Made by a program: the position numbers and the translations under genes. From the NCBI GenBank assembly GCA_964607765.1, contig CAZSNT010000012.1:22194-86193 (forward strand): a DNA stretch of 64,000 bases, written 5' to 3'. Below, piece by piece: positions 17,562 to 25,710 of this stretch. The first letter of the stretch is position 1. Every line of letters begins with the position of its first letter. Under the pieces are notes generated by a model. That model was not told the DNA's origin and made no database searches. It was given only the letters and a program-made list of their open reading frames with translations. Source of the DNA: an uncultured Victivallales bacterium. GTDB lineage: Bacteria > Verrucomicrobiota > Lentisphaeria > Oligosphaerales > JABHEG01.

Positions 17562-18410
17562 TCAATACGTCTTCGGAGGGTGAACGGGGCCGGATGACGC
17601 CATCCACCGCGTAACCGCTTTGCGCATGCGTTCGGTCACTTCCGGATGTTCACTGGCCACGTTCTTCATCTCCCACGGGTCTGTCTCACGATCGTAGAGG
17701 ATCTCGAGACCCTCGCTGACGATGTAACGGTAGCGAGGACCGGTGGCTGCCTGGGCCCCGAGGATTTCTGAGAAGGCGTATGTTCTACCATTGGTCTCTT
17801 TCCCTTCCAGCAACGGGACGATACTGAATCCGTTCTTTGCCGCCTGGTTCGGTTCTGCAACGCCAGCCAGTTCAAAGGTGGTCGGCACCAAATCCATCAG
17901 TTCCATCGGGTGGGGAAGATGCCCGTTGCGGTAGAATCCGAGGTTGTGCGAATACAGGTTGGTCAGCAACCCGTTGCGCGAGGGCCCGCACATGGGCGCC
18001 TGACAGACCGCGTTGGGAAAGTGGACCCCACGGGTGGCCAGGCGGTCCAGATTCGGCGTCAGCCCGAACCCATCACCCAGCTTGTTCATGAAACGCGGCA
18101 TCAGGTCGTCCGCCTCGACCCAGATGATGTTGGGTTTGTTGGCTGACTTGATGACGCCCGCAAGTTCGCCAGAGGCGTTGCGGGCCTTGTCGGGGTTGAT
18201 GCCCAGTTCCTTGGCGGGGACCCCCAACACATCCTCGCGGTGACGCTGAAACCGCAGCCCCGTATTTGTGCGCGTCACGTACTTGGCCCCCAGTGTCTGA
18301 ATGCGGCTGTCGTGGGCAGGGATTGACTGCTTGGCAAACCCGGGGGACAGCGCGAGCACGTTGAGCAGGATTGTGATTGTGAGCCGTCGCATGTTGTGCC
18401 TTCTCGTCAT
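17562..18410 (-). pseudogene. Internally deleted sulfatase paralog (in-frame loss of about 268 codons); probable pseudogene or neofunctionalised remnant
   Basis: 282-aa ORF. Residues 92-165 and 166-282 align to residues 45-119 and 388-504 of ORF 24157..25671. The catalytic-core middle is missing. There is a 95-nt perfect identity run (17818-17912 = 24413-24507). The CGPSR motif is retained. The first 91 aa, including a signal peptide, are unrelated to the parent. Confidence 0.6.
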
Positions 18411-18525
18411 TCGCTATCCGTCGTTCAGTCCGATATGACAGTGTCGGTTGGCAGCATCACCAGAATCCTGGCAAGGCGCATTGCCCCAGGCCGGCCGCCG
18501 CCGCGCCGCCGGCCAGACGTTGTGG

Positions 18526-20976
18526 TCAGGCGGTGGTGAGGGTGGCCTCGACCTGGACAGTCGTTCCCGACGGGGCAACTGGAATGCTATTGCCGGGAAC
18601 GCTGCGCCCGTCGATGCGGAGTTCGCAGATGCCGCGGCGGCAGTGATGCGGATTGCGCACCGTGATGTGGTAGGTCGCGCCGCGGAAGCGGCGGGTCACG
18701 GTGAAGCCGTCCCAGTCTGCGGGGATGCACGGATCGATGCGCAACCCGTCGAAGTCGGGGCGGATGCCAAGGAAGCCGTGGCTGACCGACAGAAATGTCC
18801 AAGCCGCCGTTCCGGTGAGCCAGGAGTTCTTGGCTTCGCCGGGCGTCGCGGCGTCTTTGCCGGCGATCATCTGGGCGTAGACGTAGGGCTCGCAGCGGTA
18901 GATATCGAAGTCGGTTCTGGCGGCGGGGCAGATGCTCAAGTAGTAATCGTAGGCGCGCTCGGCTTGGCCGCGTTCGAGGAGAGCAAGCTGCACCCAAGGG
19001 TTGTTGTGGCAGAAGACGCCGGCGTTCTCTTTGTAGCCTGGCGGGTAGCTCGAGACCTCGCCGAGCTCCAGGTGGTAGGTCGCATAGGGCGGTTGCTGGA
19101 GGACGCAGCCATGGGGGGTAAAGAGGTGTTCGTGGACGCTGTCGAGGGCCTTGTCGGCGCGACCGTTGTCCTGACCGGCGCCGCCCAGCAGGCACCAGCC
19201 CTGGCTCTCGATGTAGATCCGCCCCTCTGCGGAGTCCGCAGCGCCGATGGGCTGGCCGGCGGCGTCATAGGCGCGGCGGTACCAGGCGCCGTCCCAGCCA
19301 TGTTCTTCGACGGCGGCGAGCATCTGCGCATGGTCCCGATCTGCGGAGTCCGCAAGGGTTGGGCGGTCGAGATGACGGTAAAGGGCGGCCATGTCGCGAC
19401 AGGCGTAGAGGAAGAGGCCGGCGATCATGAGCGATTCGGCAGTTCGGTCGTCGGCGCTGTGGGCGGCGGTCTGGAAGGACTCGTTGGGCTCGGTAGAGAA
19501 GCAGTTGAGGTTGAGGCAGTCGTTCCAGTCGGCATGACCGATGAGGGGGAGGCCGTGCGGGCCTTGGTTGTCGAGAGTGAAGCGAAGGCTGAGCTGGAGG
19601 TGGTCCAGGAGAGTGGCAGTCTTAGCGTCGGCAGGCTCGTCGGCATAGCCGATGACTGCGTCCAGGATGGCCGTGTCGCCGGTCTCGCGAATGTAGGCGC
19701 AGGTGGAGAGGATGAGCCAGAGGTGGTCGTCCATGAAGCCGCTGCCGATCTCCGCGTTGCCCTGCTTGGTGAGGGGCTGGTATTGGTGGAAGCAGGCGCC
19801 GCTGGACTCCTGGGTGGCAGCAATGTCGAGGATGCGCTCGCGCGCGCGCTCGGGGATGATGTGCACGAAACCGAGCAGGTCCTGGTTGCTGTCGCGATAG
19901 CCCATGCCGCGGCCAATGCCGGTCTCGTACATGCTGGCGGCGCGACTGAGGTTGAACGTGGCCATGCACTGGACTTGGTTCCAGGTGTTGGCCATGCGCA
20001 TCATGGGCGCGGACGGGCAGTTGACCTGGAAGGCTGACAGGAGGTCGTCCCAGCGCGCGCGCAGAGAGTCGAAAGCAGCATCGACGGCGCGCGGGTCGGT
20101 ATAGCGCTGGAGCAGCGCTTGGCCCTTGGTCTTGTTGAGACTGCCGTCGGGAGCGAATTTGGGCGTGTCCGGGTCTTGCTCAATGTAGGCGAGTACGAAG
20201 GCGAAGGAGGCGGTTTCGCGGGGGGCCAGGGAGAGCTTGAGGTGGTGGGAACCGATGGGGTTCCAGCCGTGGGCGATGCTGTTGGTCGCGGCGCCGCGTT
20301 GGACCGCGCGCGGTTCATGGAGGCCGTTGTGGGGGCCAAGGAAGGCGTCGCGATCCGTGTCGAAGCCTGCCGTCTCGGCGGTGCAGGCGAAGAGGGTGTA
20401 GTGGTCGCGACGTTCGCGATACTCGGTGGTGTGGTAGACGACGCTCGCATCCACTTCAACCTGGCCGATGGAGTAGGTGCGCTGGTAGTTGGTCATGTCG
20501 TTGAGCGCTTCGTAGAAGCAGAACTCGACGTAGGAGAAGAGGTCCAGATCCTTGGCGACCGACGAAGCGTTGCGGATCTCGACAGACCAGATCTCGGCGG
20601 TTTCGCCGGGTGGAACGAAGAAGCGCAGGGAGACTTCGACGCCGTTCTTGGCGCTGGCGATGTGCGTGTAGCCGGGACCGACGCGACACTCGTAGGCATC
20701 CAGCGGAGTCTTGGTGGGTTTCCAGCCGGGGTTCCAGATGCAGTCTCCGTCCCGGATGTAGAGATAGCGCCCGTTGTTGTCGGCTGGGATGTCGTTGTAG
20801 CGATAGCGGGTGAGCCGGCGCAGCTTGGCGTCGCGATAGAAGGTGTAGCCGCCGCCGGTGTTGGTGCAGAGACCGAAGAAGTCGTCCTGGCCCAGGTAAT
20901 TGAGCCAGGGCAGGGGCGTGTCGGGGCGAGTGATGACGTATTCGCGGGCGTCGTCGTCGAAGGAGCCGTATTGCAT
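18526..20976 (-). CDS. GH94 glycoside phosphorylase, copy b
   Basis: ORF 18526..21045 trimmed to ATG 20976 (GAGG upstream). N-terminus MQYGSFDDDAREYVITRPDTPLPWLNYLG. Diverged paralog of 15107..17479. No signal peptide. Confidence 0.8.
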   Translation of the reverse strand: MQYGSFDDDAREYVITRPDTPLPWLNYLGQDDFFGLCTNTGGGYTFYRDAKLRRLTRYRYNDIPADNNGRYLYIRDGDCIWNPGWKPTKTPLDAYECRVGPGYTHIASAKNGVEVSLRFFVPPGETAEIWSVEIRNASSVAKDLDLFSYVEFCFYEALNDMTNYQRTYSIGQVEVDASVVYHTTEYRERRDHYTLFACTAETAGFDTDRDAFLGPHNGLHEPRAVQRGAATNSIAHGWNPIGSHHLKLSLAPRETASFAFVLAYIEQDPDTPKFAPDGSLNKTKGQALLQRYTDPRAVDAAFDSLRARWDDLLSAFQVNCPSAPMMRMANTWNQVQCMATFNLSRAASMYETGIGRGMGYRDSNQDLLGFVHIIPERARERILDIAATQESSGACFHQYQPLTKQGNAEIGSGFMDDHLWLILSTCAYIRETGDTAILDAVIGYADEPADAKTATLLDHLQLSLRFTLDNQGPHGLPLIGHADWNDCLNLNCFSTEPNESFQTAAHSADDRTAESLMIAGLFLYACRDMAALYRHLDRPTLADSADRDHAQMLAAVEEHGWDGAWYRRAYDAAGQPIGAADSAEGRIYIESQGWCLLGGAGQDNGRADKALDSVHEHLFTPHGCVLQQPPYATYHLELGEVSSYPPGYKENAGVFCHNNPWVQLALLERGQAERAYDYYLSICPAARTDFDIYRCEPYVYAQMIAGKDAATPGEAKNSWLTGTAAWTFLSVSHGFLGIRPDFDGLRIDPCIPADWDGFTVTRRFRGATYHITVRNPHHCRRGICELRIDGRSVPGNSIPVAPSGTTVQVEATLTTA

Positions 20977-21193
20977 GGCATGAGACCTCGTTTGGGGGAG
21001 ATTCGCGCGTCCTGTACTATGATCACAGCCCCTCACCTTGTGCAATGCACCCGGTCACTGCATTTCGGCATTTCGGCATTGAGAGAAAGCAGTTCGTCGA
21101 GGCTGCGCTGCTGGGTGTAGGGCTGGCGATCGATCGGGGAAGCGGTTTGATCCAGAGCATCAACCGGGGCGGGACCTCGCTGCCGCTTGTGGG

Positions 21194-21268
21194 GCCAACA
21201 CAGGTCGCCCCAACATCCTCTTCATCCTGACCGATGACATCGTGTCACGACAACCGGTTCGACTATGA
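21194..21268 (+). pseudogene. Sulfatase N-terminal remnant on the opposite strand
   Basis: The plus-strand frame reads ...ANTGRPNILFILTDD then IVSRQPVRL-stop. RPNILFILTDD is the canonical sulfatase N-terminal metal-binding block. There is no start codon or signal peptide upstream and no CxPxR motif downstream. Confidence 0.45.
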
Positions 21269-21745
21269 GAGTGTCCCCCCGTTTCTGTCGGCCTCGATCC
21301 GCCACTGTTCGGTGGGGTTTCAACGGCTGAAACGATGGGTTCGACCCCCGAAACGTCATGGCCACTGTAGTCAATCTGACGTTGGTTCTGGCACAACGCA
21401 GGCTTGGCAAAGACGACCAGCAGAGCGCCTGAGAACAGACTCGGTAGCCATGCTGCGGTCCTCGAAGACAAACGTCGCTGCTGTTTCACTTCCGCCTCCC
21501 GTCCCTGGTTTTCTGATTCTCTTCACGGCTTGATTGGCCAAAGAGTGCTTGTCTCCTCCGTTCGTGCGTGCGCCAGCCACAATGCAGATTGCCAAAGCGG
21601 AAACGACGATCCGGTCCATACCTTCTGCCTCTTACTGCACCGTCACTGTGACCGCCGCGCCGGCGGAGCATCTGCCGCCGGTCACTTGGTGAACACCTCA
21701 CGGGCAACATACGGAGACTACAGTCCCTTGCTCTGCTCCCAGGAG

Positions 21746-24133
21746 TCACGGCAGCTCCCGACTCGCCTCCCGAACTTGATCCGGCGTCCCGCCCGTCAGC
21801 GCGATGCGGCTGCCGACTTTCGCGCCTGTCGCGCATGCAGTCAAGTAGCCTTTGCCCTTCCCCCCCTGGGCTGCCTTCCGCATCCACGGCGCCGCTTCCT
21901 TTCCCGGTTCCGGGGGCAGGCCGGGCGCCGAGTGGGCGAGCGACACCAACCCGACCGCGTACCCCCCGTCAGTGACGATATCGCCGCCTTCCGGTGACAG
22001 CGTGGTCCGGTACGGCCCCCAGACAACGGCGTCCACGATGCCGCCTCTGTCACGCAGAGCGGTCAGCTCGAGAACCAGGCAATCGCTCCGCTCCGTGATG
22101 CGGACGTCGGCCGTGACGCCCTGGAAGACGAGTTGGGCGGTCCGCGTCTTGGGATCCCATCCCATTCGCCGGGGTCGCTCGTGTTTGCCCTTGACCATGA
22201 TCTTCAGCAGTGGGATCCGAGACCGGCCGGGGTCCACCTGATGGACTTGCTTCGCAGTGACCGGGTTGGACAGCGCGATGACGTGGCCGCCATCCACGAC
22301 CATTGCCAACGAGTCGCTGCGGAAGCGGTAGCCGCCGTTGACAAAGACTGAGAAGCCGTCGTTGACGAATGCGACCCTCTTCGCGGCGTCCGTACCGGCG
22401 GCGAGCTCCGCGGCGCGCGCCAAGTGGGCCGTTAGACGAGCTCGGACTTCGGGCGTCCAGATACGATCAAAATCAGCCCGATCGAGGAAGATGTCGAGGA
22501 AATGGTGTCCCATGGCCCGATTGGTCAGGACAACCCCCGATTCCTGGCGTGGCGCGGGCTTTGCAGACACGGCCTCGGGGGCGCCGGCTGTCCACGTCGA
22601 TTCGCACAGGGAATAGAAGGCTTCCATCTCCCCTGCAGCCGGGCCGAACGCGGTGGCGTAGAAGTCGTTCAACAGGGCGTCAATGTCCTGGGTCGGATCC
22701 CAGAACAGGCGCGCGGTGAAGTACGTGTTGGGGAACTGCCACCACGCGTTGGCGCCGTCGCTGCGGTACTCGAAGAAGAGCCATTCTCCCTTGAACGCCG
22801 GGTGACGGCGTCGCGCTTCGGCCAGGTACGCGACATCCTCGGCAATCGCGTGCGGCAGGAAACGGGGATAGAGCTCGTACCCCTCCCCGAACCAAGGCGC
22901 CCTGCCGTAGCAGTAATACTCCCAGAGATAGATTTCACTGGGCCCGAGCGCCAGCCATTCGTCGAGGAGCATGTGGTTGTCCTCCCGACGGTGTGGCGCG
23001 ATGTTGTTGAGACGGTGACGGTTGAGTACGACCGCAGCATTGCCCGGCAGGTTTCCCGCGTCGGTCGGGGGCCGCGAGTAGCCGTGGTAGGCGCCGAGCA
23101 CGACTTTCCTGTCCGGGTGACTCTTGTTCAGTTCGCGCGCGATCCCGATAAACGGGGCCATGATCGCGTCGCTGAGGAATCCGTAGTAGCCGCGTTCATG
23201 GCGGATCCGGGATTGGGTTTGCGCGCTTTGGTCAATGCTCGTGTAGCCGTCATTCTGCAGCAAGACGAAGTAGTCGTGCCCTTTGGCGTAGAATCCCTGG
23301 GCGTCTTTGATCACTTGCTCCTTCACGGCGGGGACCGTAAAGCGCAAATGCCTGCCGCGCTTCCCCTGGCGATTGGTGACAAACCAGTCCGGGTGCGACT
23401 CGCCATACAACCGCCACCAGTCGTTCTCGCGCATACACGGCACGGGGTTCCAGCGGCTGCCGGCAAAAGAATGGCGTGACGGCCACGGATCGAACGTCCC
23501 GCCGAATCCCACCTTCACCCCCCAATCCCTGCGCCGCGAGTAACCCCAGCGGAATGGGAAGAACGGTGCGTCCCGCGTTTTCCCGACAGGAACTCGGATG
23601 GTCGTCCGCTGCGGAATGACGTCGAGCTCGTCCTGCTCGAAGAACGTCCGCACGCCCTGATCGCGCAGGAACGCGAAGACCCCATGCATGGTGCCGGATT
23701 CGATCGGATCGCCGGTGCCGCGCCAGGCTCGAGTCGTGTCGTCCCGGCCAACGATGGCCAGATACGCCGGCGTCGTTTCTGTCAGGAACCCGTCGGTCGA
23801 CAGGTCCGCCGTGCTGATGCCGAGGCGTCGACTAGCGGCCGACTCGCCCAGGATCACCAGTTTCCGGGAAAGGAGTTCGGTCAGTCTCGGACCGTCATCC
23901 GCACCCAGAGCTTCGATGGTGAGGTGGGCGCCGCTCATGCGACGCACATAGGCCTGAAACTGCTTGGCGGCCAGCGGAATGGTGCCTTTCGCGTCGGCAT
24001 CGATCACGATCACGGCATCGGACTGCCCGTCCACCACCAGCTCGCACATGGCTTTGTCCTCGGCTTCGGCGGAACCCCAGAAGCCCATCGTGACGAGCGC
24101 CGCTACGCTTAACCCAAACCGTCTTGCCGTCAT
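21746..24133 (-). CDS. DUF4838-like (GH20-fold-related) putative glycosidase, exported
   Basis: ORF 21746..24271 trimmed to ATG 24133 (AGGAGG 5 nt upstream). Signal MTARRFGLSVAALVTMGFWGSAEA. Blocks RHSF, HPDWFV...GKRGRHL and WEYYCY resemble DUF4838 proteins (recollection). Confidence 0.55.
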   Translation of the reverse strand: MTARRFGLSVAALVTMGFWGSAEAEDKAMCELVVDGQSDAVIVIDADAKGTIPLAAKQFQAYVRRMSGAHLTIEALGADDGPRLTELLSRKLVILGESAASRRLGISTADLSTDGFLTETTPAYLAIVGRDDTTRAWRGTGDPIESGTMHGVFAFLRDQGVRTFFEQDELDVIPQRTTIRVPVGKTRDAPFFPFRWGYSRRRDWGVKVGFGGTFDPWPSRHSFAGSRWNPVPCMRENDWWRLYGESHPDWFVTNRQGKRGRHLRFTVPAVKEQVIKDAQGFYAKGHDYFVLLQNDGYTSIDQSAQTQSRIRHERGYYGFLSDAIMAPFIGIARELNKSHPDRKVVLGAYHGYSRPPTDAGNLPGNAAVVLNRHRLNNIAPHRREDNHMLLDEWLALGPSEIYLWEYYCYGRAPWFGEGYELYPRFLPHAIAEDVAYLAEARRRHPAFKGEWLFFEYRSDGANAWWQFPNTYFTARLFWDPTQDIDALLNDFYATAFGPAAGEMEAFYSLCESTWTAGAPEAVSAKPAPRQESGVVLTNRAMGHHFLDIFLDRADFDRIWTPEVRARLTAHLARAAELAAGTDAAKRVAFVNDGFSVFVNGGYRFRSDSLAMVVDGGHVIALSNPVTAKQVHQVDPGRSRIPLLKIMVKGKHERPRRMGWDPKTRTAQLVFQGVTADVRITERSDCLVLELTALRDRGGIVDAVVWGPYRTTLSPEGGDIVTDGGYAVGLVSLAHSAPGLPPEPGKEAAPWMRKAAQGGKGKGYLTACATGAKVGSRIALTGGTPDQVREASRELP

Positions 24134-24156
24134 TGCGGCCTCCTGCTTCTGAGGAC

Positions 24157-25602
24157 TCAGTACGTCTTCGGGGGATGGACGGGCCCGGAAGACTTCATCC
24201 AGAGCGCCACCGCTTTGCGCATGCGTTCGGTCACTTCCGGGTGTTCGCCGGCCACGTTCTTCATCTCCCACGGATCTGTCTTATGATCGTACAGGATCTC
24301 GAGACCTTCGCTGACGATGTAACGGTAGCGGGCGTCGGTGGCTGCCTGCGCGCCGAGGACTTCCGAGAAGGCGTATGTTCTGCCGTTCGTCTTCCTGCCT
24401 TCCAACAACGGCACGATACTGAATCCGTTCTTTGCCGCCTGGTTCGGTTCTGCAACGCCAGCCAGTTCAAAGGTGGTCGGCACCAAATCCATCAGTTCCA
24501 TCGGGTGTGGATTGACCTGGTCCTGCAGAAAGCGTTTCGGGAAGCTGACGATCATGGAGACGTTCAGGGCCTCCTCGAACAGTGTGCCCTTGTGCAGGCG
24601 CCCGTGGTTGCCGAGGAAAATGGAATGGTCGGAGAAGAAGATGACCACCGTGTTGTCGAGCTGCCCCGTGCCCGCCAACGCGTCGAGCAAGCGACCGATC
24701 TGTGCGTCCATGAAGGCGACATTCGCCGCTTCCCCCAACCGGTTCTTGGCCGTGTCTTTCGGAGACTTGACGGGCTTGTTGTCTTTCAGCAGCGGCTCAG
24801 GGACATCGTGCCCGAAACGGTCCGTTTTCGGGGGCGGGATCTTCAGTTCCGCGACCTTGTCATACCAGCGCTGCGGCACATCGTAGGGGCCGTGCGGCAG
24901 ACAGAAATTGAACCACAGGAAGAAGGGCTTCTCCGCGTCACGGCCGCCGGACAACCAGTCCACGGCCAGCTGCGCGGTGAACGCGTCGAGGTAATCGATG
25001 TCTTCCGACATGCTGCTGCGGTTGCCGTAGCCGGTGTTGTCTTTAACCCACTGCTCGTATTTCCCGCGCCTCTTCAGATGCTGGATGAAGGGATTGTCCT
25101 TGATTTTCCAGCCCTCTTTCAGGAATTTCCAGAGCATGTAGCGTTCGCCCGTGCAGTTGACATGGTCGAACCCGTGATCCCGCAGCGCTTCGTCCTTCGT
25201 TGCCTTGGGGTTGTCCGCCGACGCCTTGATGTGCGATTTGCCGATGTACGCTGTCTGATAGCCGGCCTTCCGCAGAACGGGCGGGAACGTCCATACCCCG
25301 GACGGCAGCTTCCGCAGGTGCCCGTTGCGGTAGAACCCGAGATTGTGCGAGTAGAGGTTGGTCAGCAACCCGTTGCGCGACGGCCCGCACATCGGCGCCT
25401 GACACACCGCATTGGGAAAGTGGACACCCCTCGAGGCCAGGCGGTCCAGATTCGGCGTCAGACCGAACCCCTCGCCCAGCTTGTTCATGAAACGCGGCAT
25501 CAGGTCGTCCGCCTCAATCCAAACGATGTTTGGGCGCTTGCCGGCGGCGAACGAAGGCCCGGTCATACAGAGCATGGCAGCTATCAGTAATCGTGCTTTC
25601 AC
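24157..25602 (-). CDS. Cys-type sulfatase, exported
   Basis: ORF 24157..25671. The likely start is GTG 25602 (AAGGAA upstream), giving the signal KARLLIAAMLCMTGPSFAA. Blocks RPNIVWIEADD and MCGPSRNGLL (CxPxR). This is the parent paralog of 17562..18410. Confidence 0.85.
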   Translation of the reverse strand: MKARLLIAAMLCMTGPSFAAGKRPNIVWIEADDLMPRFMNKLGEGFGLTPNLDRLASRGVHFPNAVCQAPMCGPSRNGLLTNLYSHNLGFYRNGHLRKLPSGVWTFPPVLRKAGYQTAYIGKSHIKASADNPKATKDEALRDHGFDHVNCTGERYMLWKFLKEGWKIKDNPFIQHLKRRGKYEQWVKDNTGYGNRSSMSEDIDYLDAFTAQLAVDWLSGGRDAEKPFFLWFNFCLPHGPYDVPQRWYDKVAELKIPPPKTDRFGHDVPEPLLKDNKPVKSPKDTAKNRLGEAANVAFMDAQIGRLLDALAGTGQLDNTVVIFFSDHSIFLGNHGRLHKGTLFEEALNVSMIVSFPKRFLQDQVNPHPMELMDLVPTTFELAGVAEPNQAAKNGFSIVPLLEGRKTNGRTYAFSEVLGAQAATDARYRYIVSEGLEILYDHKTDPWEMKNVAGEHPEVTERMRKAVALWMKSSGPVHPPKTY

Positions 25603-25710
25603 TTCAGCAGTTCCTTGTATTGTCCGATGCCAGTAGTTCTGGCGACGGGACTCGGGGAATCTGCGAGCCACGTATCCCCGACGAGAACCCCGTCCAACGT
25701 CCGGCCTTCT

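Noticed and set aside
18489-18514. GC hairpin GGCCGGC...GCCGGCC after GH94 copy b as an intrinsic terminator
   Set aside because: No U-tract follows it on the minus strand. GC-rich palindromes of this size are common in this sequence, so it is not called.
21250-21345. tRNA-like GGTTCGA motifs (CCGGTTCGACT, GGGTTCGACCCCC)
   Set aside because: The flanks do not form a 5-bp T-stem with a 7-nt loop. No acceptor, D or anticodon arms could be drawn. This is not a tRNA.
21160-21619. Two short minus-strand ORFs with hydrophobic, signal-like N-termini (109 aa and 82 aa)
   Set aside because: They overlap each other out of frame, and one overlaps the sulfatase remnant antisense. No motif or good RBS supports either with confidence. 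I treated them as part of a decayed region rather than calling them genes.
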